Shown here one piece after another: positions 13,029-24,405 of a DNA stretch of 64,000 nucleotides. The stretch is from Eremomyces bilateralis CBS 781.70 (lineage: Eukaryota), in the NCBI GenBank assembly GCA_010015585.1, contig ML975172.1; one strand, given 5' to 3'. A model generated the notes under the pieces. It ran no database searches. It saw only the letters and a list, made by a program, of their open reading frames with translations, and had not been told where the DNA came from. Each line of letters starts with the position of its first letter. Position 1 is the stretch's first letter. Both the position numbers and the translations under genes were made by a program.

Positions 13029-14775
13029 GGTGGTGCTAGGTGCCTCTCCTGATAGTTAATTGCGGTTTGAGGGTTTGTAAACAAGTATCCAGACGCTCAG
13101 AAGCAGGCATAAAACGGCGAGAGGGGAATAAAAGCATTGAATGAAGGATCGACAATTATGAGAATAATATGAATAATGATAGCCACAGCAAAAGAGGAGT
13201 GTTCGTGCTATACGTCAGGCGATTGTTGGTATCTCGTAGAAAATAGTACCATCTTCGCTTCTAGCCGGCCGTAATAGGTCTCAACTAGACAGATTTAATT
13301 GCGGAAGAGTATACCAAAATTCGGATTTCGTCTCTGAAGGAGTTTTCTTCACATACGATCCATCGGTGCCCTGAGAAACAGCGAATAGCCTACAATATGA
13401 CTGCACCATGAATGAGACGCACCCCAAACAGCTACGACTTACAGGAGAACACTCGACCCCAGTCAGCGAATGACGAAAGGTAATCCGGCGAACCAGCCAT
13501 GTATTGACCGAGGTACCAGGGGGCCATGGCGAATTCAATCGGATAGATCTCAATAAAGGGAATATAGACCGAGACCCCGGGGATGCCGATATTGCGCTGC
13601 ATGAACGGGTTTCTGGGGAGGATGACATACCGTATGGAATCCAGGGTAACCCTAGGGGTTGCAGAGTAGGGCCTGGGGATATGCAGCAAGACACCGCAGG
13701 GTTCTTGATGTGACTTGAAACTGCTTACCCTCCACTCACGTATTTGACACACCGAGTGGTTGAAATTAGAACGTCAGAAATCCAACTCCAGCTCCGGCAT
13801 GGATCCTTTGTCGGATGCAGCATCGCAGCCCAGGCCGGGAGATCCATGGCTCCTTGTCGTCAGAACGGTGTCTGCAAGGGCTGCTTCGTTCCGGATAATT
13901 TACTTCAAGCCTCGACCATGTGAAGCTTTGTTTCTTGGAAGTATTAACAGCAACACGAGCGAAAATGGATTGCGGAGCCCATCTCAACGGCTGGGATTCT
14001 GAGCATAGAGTGGTGGATAGAAGCTTCGTCCGCATATTCCTCATCAAAATAGACCCAAGGGAGGGGCTCACCGCAAAATGCTATTGAGAGACCTGGGGTC
14101 AGCTAGGCTCTTGTTGGGTTGTCATCTTTAACATAAGAGGCCTGAAATTTCCGCCGGAGGTTTCCAAGAGCCTAAGTCGGCGTAATGCAAGAAATGACCC
14201 CCTTAGAGGCTCCAGCCGAGAGGCGAGAAATAGTCGGCACTTAGATCATCTCTAGCGAATGGAAATTCGAGAGCAATATAAATCCCTAGAGGTTCCAATA
14301 TTCCGCACGTTGATCCGGGGCAAACAAGCATGAATCCTTCAGGGATATCTCGTCCAAATGCAGGAGAAGCTGGACGAGGTCGTTCTTCGGGCACTTCTTT
14401 CGTTGTCTGATTGTCTTGTTGGCTGGAATTCGCCACGCGATGTTCATGATGCCTGTCGAGGTTGGACGGTTGGTATGCCCATACCAGAAGGTCAGACGGA
14501 AGACAACAACCGTTGAAAACAAAGATGGAAGCATGGTTGATGTTTTAGGACGATGGAAGGATTCGATTGGAAACGATTGGACACCAGAAATTAAATTGAT
14601 GCATTTTCCCCGTGTTTAAACTTTCTCCTAGCTTCGCTCGTGCAGGGCGACACCTCCAACTTCTTCCAACTCCTCACATTCACGGTTCATCCCTTTCCTA
14701 TACGCACTCGAAAATCAGCCCACAGCGAAGCTGAGCTGAGATCCAGTCAGGATAGATATTCCTACATTCCAAAGG

Positions 14776-15213
14776 ATGGATGAGGACTACTTGTCATCAC
14801 TCATCAGAGACAACATTCGCAAGACTCTAGGAACCAACGAACAATTCTAGAAGACCTTATTGTACCCCGCAAGTCATTTCAAGAGACCATTCGGCAAAGC
14901 CACCTGAGCACATGCGATAGTCATTCAATAACCTCCACCCGGAACGGACTCTCAGTCCATATTGACAATGTGGATGAGGCGCGTGGCATAGATGAATCGA
15001 GAGCATCACGCGATGCAGATCATTGGCCCAGGATCCAGGTTCCTGCAGGTCGCAAGCGAAAGCACCAGTACGGAATGTTATGAGGATGTTATGGGCATCT
15101 GGCGGATCAATCTGCCTGAGACCCTCGCGCTCACAAGGATGAAGGGACCCAAGCGAGATCCCGTCCCCGATATCGACCCTCTCGCGGGTAATCTCCATCC
15201 GGAAGATCTCTAA
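14776..15213 (+). pseudogene. Possible fossil ORF of unknown family
   Basis: One reading frame from ATG 14776 through ORF 14992-15213, interrupted by TAG, TGA, TAA and TAG; protein-like composition, but no recognisable motif. Confidence 0.25.
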
Positions 15214-15959
15214 GGTCGACGAATCTCTCGATCGTGGAATGTGGGGTTGCTTGTGATCTTGTTTCACTTGTTTCACACCCCTTCTCTTCTGTGAGTTCTG
15301 TCATAAATCCCAAATACCGGTTCCAACCTATGTTTTATCAGAATCTTGAAGACCTTCCTTGTTGAAATCTGGTGTTTGAGACCAATCGCGTGGATATTAC
15401 CTAGGGTACACGAACACCCAACCATAGGAGACAACAATGGGCAAGTGGAAATAAGAACAAGGCATTTTGCCTTTAGTTCTCCGTCCCCGCGTTGAGGCCT
15501 CAGATTGTATCCATAACGGAGGACCCATCCGAAAAAGGCGGTGGGCGTCCCAATGCTGCGCCACCAGTCCAAGTGCAGTCCAAAACAACAATTCGACTGA
15601 ATTATTTTGGTAAGGCTGGTGAGAATTTCGCACCCGGTTTCCTAATTGATACTAGTACAGAATAAAGTGCATCAAGTAAGTCGCTCGCGATCATGCGCTC
15701 CTAGCTATAACTAGATATACGTTTATAAGTACATGTTCTCGAACTGTTCGGGTGTAAGCGCTCTCCATGCAACACTTCCATAAGCATACGAAAGGGTGTT
15801 CGGCGGGAGGCTTCCGTCTACTCCTGTTAAGTGACATATATCAGCTACTCTATATTATCAGGCCTATCTTCTTTTTACTGACGTCGCTGCCGCTTGCGCG
15901 GACCGAGTCCTTTCCAGGCATTTGAAGCCGCCTCTGCTGCAGCGTGCTTAGGGCGCTCT

Positions 15960-16289
15960 CTAGGCACATCTCGAGACCCAAAAGAGCATTTTGAGCATCG
16001 ACTTGGGTAAATCTTTCAGCGTAGAAGCTTCCATATTCCCAAAGTTATAATTCCATGCCATTGTTGGGGTACAGGAAGCATATACTCCGCTTGTAGCGAG
16101 AGCCATATTCCGTGCTTCGATCAGTTCTGTCGGGTCCCATTCCCGGCCTGTCTTTGCCAAAATATTGGTCATTGTATTCAAGTCACTACAGTTATGCAGA
16201 GTAGGCTGAAGCCGTCGACGCTCAATATCAGCAAAGAACTCTTCTAACGACGGAGGTTGCTAGGCAGATTGTGGAGGGGATCGGGACAT
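15960..16289 (-). pseudogene. Possible fossil ORF of unknown family
   Basis: MSRSPPQSA*QPPSLEEFFADIERRRLQP... is in frame with ORF 15960-16181, with one internal TAG. Confidence 0.25.
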
Positions 16290-16675
16290 AGTGACAGCCA
16301 TAGTAATAGGGACAGGTCTACTCCGGTTCAGCAGGAAGCTATAGCCATGCTGCATGTCATGGCTCCTAAGAGCATTATAGGCTTCTTCATAATACTCGTA
16401 AAGACAATCTAGAGGAAGGCGATATCCTCCATGCTAAGGTCTATGAGAGAAGGAACAGATTGAACATATTAGAAGTTGTCCCTAGACGAAGACAAAGGAA
16501 AATGCGCGCTAGGCCCAGTTCAGCGATTATTTTCCACCGTACTAACTACCTCAATCCATCCCAACTTCGAGTGCATGTGAAGCCATCTCTTCCATGAATT
16601 GGTTCGATTGCCATCGGGTTCATGGCTCAAATCATCCTCTCGTGAGGCCCATGCCTTCTTAAATCCGGTGCAACA

Positions 16676-19394
16676 ATGCGCCTTTTCAGCTCGACGATTA
16701 CCCCAGCTTCAGCCTGGCCGAGTTTGCCGAAGATGAGGTTCCTCGCTATGCCATACTCTCGCACACTCACACTTGGGGACATGACGGCTATGAAGTCACG
16801 TACAAAGACATCACAGATGGCACTGGAAGTGGCAAGGCTGGCTACGACAAGCTTCACTTCTGCGCAGTCCAAGCCAAGACTGACGGGCTGGGCTACTGCT
16901 GGATAGACACCTGTTGTATCGACAAGACAAATGCCGCCGAGCTTACCGAAAGTATCAACTCTATGTTTCGATGGTACCAGAATGCCATCAAATGCTATGT
17001 TTTCCTTACGGATGTCTCGGCTTCTATGAGCGAAGATGACAGAGACTCCCAGGTGCGGAATAGTCGGTGGTTCACTCGAGGCTAGACGCTACAAGAGCTC
17101 ATTGCTCCCCGATGCGTCGAATTTTTCTCGCAAAAGCGCGAGCTGCTTGGAGACAGAAAGACGCTAGAAAAGCAGATTCACCAGGTTGCTAACATTTCCA
17201 TTCACGCGCTTCGAGGGGAGCCGTTGTCTCACTTTACTATCGATGAGCGCATGTTATGGGCGGCAAACAGAATAACCAAGCGACCCGAAGACAAATTTTA
17301 CTCTCTACTTGGAATTTTCGATATTCATATGGAAGCTATTTACGGCGAGGGCGAGCATCACGCATTTCGGCGGCTCCTTAGGGAGCTCGAGAGATATTCG
17401 GAAAACCACCAGTTAAGCGAGTTGTTTCGGGATCAACTACTAGTATCCTCCGCCAGACAGCCAAAAACACCCCTAGAAAATCCGACATGGGTTGTGCCGT
17501 TTGAGCGGAACTCTCGCTTCACTGGCCGTGAGCCTGAGCTGGCTCGGCTCGAAGAAATGCTGTTCAGCAAGCATCGTACCGCGAAACTCGCGATCACTGG
17601 ACTTGGAGGTGTAGGAAAGACTCAGCTTGTTATCGAGCTGCTGTGCCGCGTCGCCGACAAGCAAAAGCACTGCTCGGTTATCTGGATTTCCGTAGTCAAC
17701 ATGGAAAGCCTACACCAATCATACTTGGACGCTACTCGGCAGCTTGGCATATCTGGATTTAAAGACAACAAGGCGGATATAAAGAGACTGGTGCAGGACC
17801 ATCTGAGCAAAGAAAGCACAGGGCGGTGGCTACTAGTGTTCGATAATGCCAACGACATCGATATGTGGATTGCCAAGGCTGGACCTGGGCTGCAGCAGCT
17901 TGGGCAGGGATCGCACCCTTTGATCGACTACCTCCCAAAGAGTAAGCAAGGAGCTGTTATATTCACGACGCGGGACAGGAAGATAGCAGTCAAGCTCGCG
18001 CAACAGGACGTCGTGGACGTTCCGGAGATGGGAGAAGACGCGGCTTCCCAATTACTAGGGAAGTGCCTGGTTAATACGGAGCTCGCCAAAAGCGGGAAAG
18101 AGACGGGTGCACTCCTTTTACAGCTCACCTACCTTCCGCTAGCCATTGTCCAGGCAGCGGCGTACATTAATGAGAATGCAATATTACTTACAGACCATCT
18201 GTCGCTCCTGGTCGAACAGGAAGAAGAGGTGATTGATCTTCTTAGCGAGGAGTTTGAAGACGACGGGAGGTATCGCGATATCATGAATCCGGTAGCCACA
18301 ACGTGGTTAATCTCGTTTGATCAAATCCGGCGGCGCGATCGGCTGGCGGCCGATTACTTGTCGTTTATGGCCTGTGTAGAGCCAAAGGACATTCCACAGT
18401 CTCTTCTTCTGCCAGGGGCGTCGCGGAAGAAGGAGGTGGATGCGATCGGAACACTTACCGCGTATTCGTTCGTCAATAGGCGGCCGGCCGACGAGTGCCT
18501 CGATCTCCATCGGCTGGTGCATTTAGCAACGCGGAACTGGTTGCGGAAAGAAGAGCTGCTTGCGCAATTAACCGAGAAAACTATTATGCGACTAGAACAA
18601 GTTTTCCCCGATGATAACCACGAGAACCGAAGCGTCTAGAGGGCTTACCTACCCCATGCGCGCTATGTGCTAGAGTCCAATCTTGTGAATAAAGATTGGA
18701 AACCCAGGTGGATCTTATGTGGAGGTACGGAATGTGTCTTTACAAAGATGGACGATGGAATGAGGCTGAAGAACCGATTAATCAAGTGTTCGATATGGAG
18801 AAAAGAGTGCTTGGCGCGGAGCATCCAGACACGCTGACCAGTCTGGCCAACCTGGCGTCGACGTACAGGAACCAAGGCCGATGGAAGGAGGCCGAAGAGC
18901 TGGAGATACAAGTGATGGAGACGAATGCGAGGGTGCTTGGCGCAGAGCATTCAGACACGCTGACCAGCATGGCCAACCTGGCGTCGACGTACAGGAATCA
19001 AGGCCGATGGAAGGAGGCCGAAGAGCTGGAGGTACAAGTGATGGAGACGAGTGCGAGGGTGCTTGGCGCAAAGCATCCCTCCACGCTGGCTAGCATGGCC
19101 AACCTGGCGTCGACGTACAGGAATCAAGGCCGATGGAAGGAGGCTGGAGAGCTGGAGGTGCAAGTGATGGAGACAAGAAAGAGGGTGCTTGGCGCAAAGC
19201 ATCCAGACACGCTGACCAGCATGAACAATCTTCCCTTCACGTGGAAAGCGCAGGGTCGAGATCCAGAGGCTATCGGTCTAATGATAGAGTGTACACGGTT
19301 TCGAGAACGGGTTCTAGGGGCTACCCATCCGCATTTCATTTCTTCCTCGAAAATCTTAGCGGATTGGGAGCTGAACGAGGCGCTCGTAAAATAG
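16676..19394 (+). pseudogene. Fungal NLR: HET - NB-ARC - TPR, pseudogenised
   Basis: HET motifs YAILSH(TH)TW, WIDTCCIDK, INSMFRWY, WFTRG*TLQELIAP; P-loop GLGGVGKT; LLVFDNA; LPLAIVQAAAYI; HPDTLTSMANLASTYRNQGRWKEAEEL TPRs. Lesions: frameshift near 16685, TAG 17083, TAG 18637, frameshift near 18707. Confidence 0.93.
18804..19225 (+). repeat. 126-bp (42-aa) high-identity tandem TPR repeats, about 3.3 copies
   Basis: Units start at 18804, 18930, 19056 and 19182 (AG[A/G]GTGCTTGGCGC...). Confidence 0.95.
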
Positions 19395-20214
19395 AAGAGA
19401 GCAAAGAGCACGAGGATGATAGCGCTATCGGGTAAAGTACAGTCGCTAAACCCTAAATATATAGTCAGACGATTACCACGTCTTCGTGGGGCTTCTAGAA
19501 CTTCGTAAGTCTTGACCGTATGCTATATGCATCTCAGAAGCTATGGCAGGAGGTTGTGATGTTGCTGGGCTACTAATTCGTTCACACACGCAGGGGGAAA
19601 TTATATTAGTAGGCTGGTTCCTTCACACAGGGACGTCCGCATCGCCCAAGAGCGTTAGTATGCCCAGGCTAAGATTAGAGGGTCCGGTCAGGTTGTGTTT
19701 TATAATCGATACGTTGTTATGTAATAATCCCGTGACTGTATGGGTCGCCGAAAGCGGAAGTTTGATTGGCCGCAAGTACCGATTGGCGTGCTAGAAATAT
19801 TTGGGATCGCTTCCAACACGGCGCATGCCTCAGATGAAGACTTTCTAGCATGATAATTGGATTTTGTGTCTTAGATTAATTTGTTTTATGTCTTTGCAAA
19901 AAGAAAAAACGCGGTGGGTGGCGTTATAACGTGGAAGTACTATGGCAGTGTCTATTATGCACTTCGTCCACTCCGCAGAATGCAGCCAAGCAATTGTAAT
20001 TTTTATGGTTCACAAAGCCTCCATATTTAAAGGCGGCTGGAAAATCTAGTTTATATAAATTATAAGAATTACAATATGCGTGGAGCCTCTGAGCTGTTTG
20101 AAGTCAAAGTACCTCGACTTCGTTCCAGCACGGCGTGTGTTCCATCACGTAGGGGGGAAGGTTAATTAGCACGGGTGGGAAATTCTCATTCGGCGGGAAA
20201 TTCTCAGAATCGGG

Positions 20215-20644
20215 TGTTACGGCACGGTAGCTGGATGCACACAACATACACGTAGCCAAAGGTATTCTAGATTAAGCTAAGGAATAGAACAAGAAGGGGA
20301 AACCTGTCGCCCGTGACGTGCTAAGTGGTTGGAACTTGGAAGGCAAAATAGTTTGATGAGCAAGCAGCAGAGTTGTATTGTTGTAAGTTGTTCTCGGTAT
20401 CTGAAAGTTGCGTTCAAGTTGCGTGTTCTTATGTCAATGCCTGGTCCCCTGGCCCTCCAGATATATGAGATTCGTGGCAAGTTTATTAATGCAGTTTGTA
20501 GCCTCGAGCTCCCTTAGATGAAACCTTGGTCTGCGACAAAACCTTTCTTGTTTACATCGACGAGGGTTGGATTTTGATTCAACCCTTGACCTAATCAGGC
20601 TTAGGCTCCCAGCCTTAGCCAACCAAGGGTTTCAACCCATAATA
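20215..20644. mobile_element. Solo LTR (430 bp) with 5-bp TSD
   Basis: TCGGG|TGTTACGG...CCATAATA|TCGGG. The right end matches the inverted repeat CCGTAACA with two transitions. Confidence 0.8.
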
Positions 20645-20849
20645 TCGGGAGGGAAAATCTCACCAGCCACTTATCTTTATGCTTGTGACAGATACATACA
20701 GTTGGAGGAGCGGTAGGCAGAGCGTTGGCATTCATATAATCTTCTAGAACGGTCACAGTAGTGACTAGTTACTAGTTAGGTATAGCTAATATGTAATCCC
20801 GAGGATATATCGTCAACATAATATGTAGTACCTAGCTCCTAGGAAGCTA

Positions 20850-22719
20850 TCACACACTTATAGGTAAGACCCGCATCTTTGTCTTTGCTAAATGACTAGG
20901 CAGGGGCTCTGCGCCATTCGTTACATCCGCCTGGACTGCATTTGTGAGTTCCGGATTTCTCGTTACCCTTAGAATCGAAGAGAAATCAAACGCGTAAGAA
21001 GCACCGTTGGCGACGACCGCAACGAAGCCAGCCAAGACTCCAAGAATCGAGAAGCCAACCGCCAATCCATATGCGAGAGCTAGATTCCTAGGCTGATAGA
21101 CGTAAATGTTTTGCGGGCTGAAAATCGTGAGATTGGTTGGGGCCGTGGCATTCTCGAAATCTCTATAGGTCAAAGTCAGCATCCGTTCTTCGTTAACATA
21201 ATAGGGGTATACAGACCGATACGTGGAAGTTCCGTATAAGCTCAGAGTGAGGTTTTGAAAGAGCTCTTCCGCTGCTTCAGCCATGGTGAAATTCCTCCCT
21301 CCACCCAAGTTCGCTATCTCACTATTAAGAAACGTGGTATCGCCAGACCCGGTGGCCTTTACGGTGGCTAAAATAGATCGCATCTCGAAAGAATTGATCA
21401 AAGCCGTGTTCAGCGCCTCAGTGTTCATGTTTATCTCGAGTGAGACAGACCATGACAGAGACCCAACCACAATGCGACCGAAAGCCTCAAAAATAGACAT
21501 GTAATTCTCATTCCACGGAGAGTATATCGAGTTTTCGTTCTGGTAGTTCCAATACTGAAACGGTCGCAGATCAGTCAGATTGCGGATCTTAATCGATTGC
21601 TGTCCGTTGTTGAACTCGAAGAGGGCATCGTATGATGCATTATATAGTCCACAATCATTGATGGCAGGAGGATTCCAAGTCCCGTTGATAGTCTCATTCT
21701 TAGTGGCAATGTATAATCTAGCCATGTCTCCAGAATAAAGATCCAGATACCGTAAGGTGCTACTCGACGAGGAAAGACTCGAGTTGTGAAATTTCTCCAA
21801 ATCTGTCGTGAAGTTGGCTGATGAGGGAACCATAGAAATGTATGGCTGAGTACGAAAAGCCCATGTTTTGTTGAAAGCATCGGTGACGGAGCTGTTCGCG
21901 GGTATGCATTTAAGGGTTGGTCCATAAAATTGCAAGGCATATGATGCGTTGGGGGCAGGCGCGGGAATACTCAGCATCGCGCCGCTGTACGCAACAGTAG
22001 TGGCAATTCTTTGCATGTCGGCCGTGGTTCTATAATAAAACCCAGCACCCTGAGTTTCGAACATGGGATATGTCCAGTTGATGAGTGGTATCTTAACCAA
22101 CTGCGAGGTTGATGCCATGTCAGGGGCCGGTTCGACAGTCAAGGTAGCGGGTGTTATGATTGCAGAGAACGGAATCAGCCTAATGAGTTCAGTAATAGTG
22201 GCAATAATTGAAATGTTGCGAAATATATTATTCTTACCAGCAAAGCAAGGCTAAACACAGGACCAGCGGACCTTGGGTCCAGGCCACGAGGTCCAGCAAC
22301 TTCCAAGAATTGGAGAGCACTCCAAACCAAGAATCGATGGTGGTAACTTTTACTGCCTTCTGGCGAAGAAGACTCCAAACGTTCTGGACACATGCTGTCC
22401 CCACCGCTCCTGTCAGCACCACTTTAACCAAAAAAGCGAGTCCAGTGCCGATTCGAAGGTTCCACGTTTGAGAAATAGAGCTGCTGACGACTTTGCTGTT
22501 CAAAGATGTATAGAAGAAATGATGTCCAAGTACAAGGCCAATTCCAGCTAGCAGATAGGCCGACATAAGAGTTGGCACCCTCCAATGAATACGATGTTCA
22601 TTCTCGGTAGTCGCAATGCTCTCCTGTACGTGTGCCATCATGGGATCTTTGGCCTCATTTCCTGATTGCATGGGAGAGTAGGAAGCATTTGCAACATGCT
22701 TGGTATCTCCAGGGTCCAT
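20850..22719 (-). CDS. Conserved fungal multi-pass membrane glycoprotein of unknown function
   Basis: LVLGHHFFYTSLNSK, IGTGLAFLVK, PNASYALQFYGPTLKC, EELFQNLTLS, YVYQPRNLALAYG, FSSILRVTRN. Introns near 22236-22175 and 21215-21166; many N-x-S/T sites. Confidence 0.8.
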
Positions 22720-22994
22720 GAGTGAAAGGGGCAGTCGTCCGGCAGTTGTCTCTTTGGAGCTGTGCTATTCCAAACGGGCATCAAGATCTAAGAAGTATCT
22801 GACAGTCTAACATCAAGGTAACGGCAGTCTGTTCATTCGGGAGAATTGAAAACTGAAAACAGACATTAGCTTAGATTTTCTTGGCCCCCAAAGAGAGTCG
22901 CGGATCATGCTGCATACAGCACCTCAAATTATCCTACCCCTTGTTGAACTCTTTTCTCACTTGTAAATCCACCAAAGGAAGCTAATGTTGCAAG

Positions 22995-23690
22995 GTGCCC
23001 CTGTTGATTCCAATGCCACGATTTATTCCAATCGCTGCCCGTTACCCCTGGGCTACGCCTAATCGGGACTCCTCAGTCTTTTCCCGTGTATCCGTGCCCC
23101 ATGACCGCCCCACAACCTGTGCTCCCACACCAAACGCTCAACCCACACCAAAACCTCAATTTTACCATTATCTTCAAGTCTATACCACCAAACATGCCTC
23201 ACCAAACATGCCTAAACGCGTCAAATATTTAGAGGAGACTAAACAGAAAGCAGTCAAGGAGGCTATAGACCAAAAAAAAAAAGCAGGAAAAACCGTCTAT
23301 ATTTCAGCATTGGCGCGTGGGTTCCAAATTAGCCGGTTCGTCCTTCAAGGCCGCCTTCAAGGAAAAACATCCTATTGATGGAAGCTGGAATGCATCGGTC
23401 GACCCCCCCACGTGATATTGAGCCAAATTAAGCACTCTGATTGGTTGAAGGCTGGTGAGATTTGTCCCTAACATTTTTTGACGATGTCCCTAAGGCGCGG
23501 GCACCTCTCACCCGTCTTGGGCTCTCCCACCACCCGTCCTCGGCACCCGGCTACCCATTTTGGGCACCTACGATCACCCGCTTTAGGCAACCCCTATCCC
23601 CCGTTTTAGGTTAGCCGCTTGTTGCGGGGCAGAAGTGGTCGAGGGCCGTATAGGCGTCAAAGAGTGCCCAAAAGTTTGGCACGGTGTTGT
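22995..23690 (+). mobile_element. Nest of DNA-transposon fragments, including a pogo/Fot1-like transposase N-terminal HTH remnant (23208-23378)
   Basis: MPKRVKY...ISALARGFQISRFVLQGRLQG resembles a psq-type HTH and is truncated. It is followed by terminal-like motifs CCCCCCCACGTG, repeated GGCACC/CACCCG, and the Tc1-like end GTGCCCAAAAGTTTGGCACGG. Confidence 0.6.
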
Positions 23691-24405
23691 GAAGACGACA
23701 ATAGTAGAAGACTGATTATATTGATTGATTTCTATGGAGACTAACTAGTTAGTTGGGGATGTCTACGCAGTAAGTTAGATATAGACGGTTGATCACCTGA
23801 CTAATGATGCTTGAGGCATCAATCCTGTGGTGAACAGAATCTTTCGCACATCCGTATCGTCATTATCAATCCAATCCAGTTCATAAGATTAGTCTCTTAG
23901 ACTGGGAGATGCTCCAAGAGCCCACCTCATCAACCTGTGTTGAAAATTGCTTGCCGGTATAGAATCGCCCTGCAGAGAAGTCTCTCGTTCCGCTCAGCCC
24001 CCTGTGAAAGGGTGGTGAGAGGGCGGAACCTGTTGCCCAGAGGGCGACGAGGCAAAATGGATACGAATTGTTATCAAGCTACAAAAATCCGCCAGATCCA
24101 TATTTTGGAATCTAAGTAAGAGAATCGATATTCAGGGCAGCTAAAGTTTAGCACAAAGCGGCGCGGTCGCAATTGTTGAGTGCATCAAAGTCCTACTATG
24201 TCACTATGGGATCAGACCACATATCACCTAACTTGATTTTCGGCAAGGCTCCTGCAACCGCAGGATTAGACAGTGTAAGTGACAGCTTGCCGTGCTTTCC
24301 AGAGTCGCACCGCAGCTCAGTTCTAATTACCAGTAAATCTTTGTTTCATTCCTAGTCAGTATGAATAGCGCTGATAACATTTAGAGGGAGAACTCGGAAT
24401 ATTTA

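Noticed and set aside
13100..16600. Starship captain (DUF3435 tyrosine recombinase) at the island edge
   Set aside because: No long ORF or recognisable recombinase motif found by eye.
18804..19225. Regular repeats as a CRISPR-like array
   Set aside because: Contiguous in-frame TPR coding repeats without unique spacers, in a eukaryotic context.
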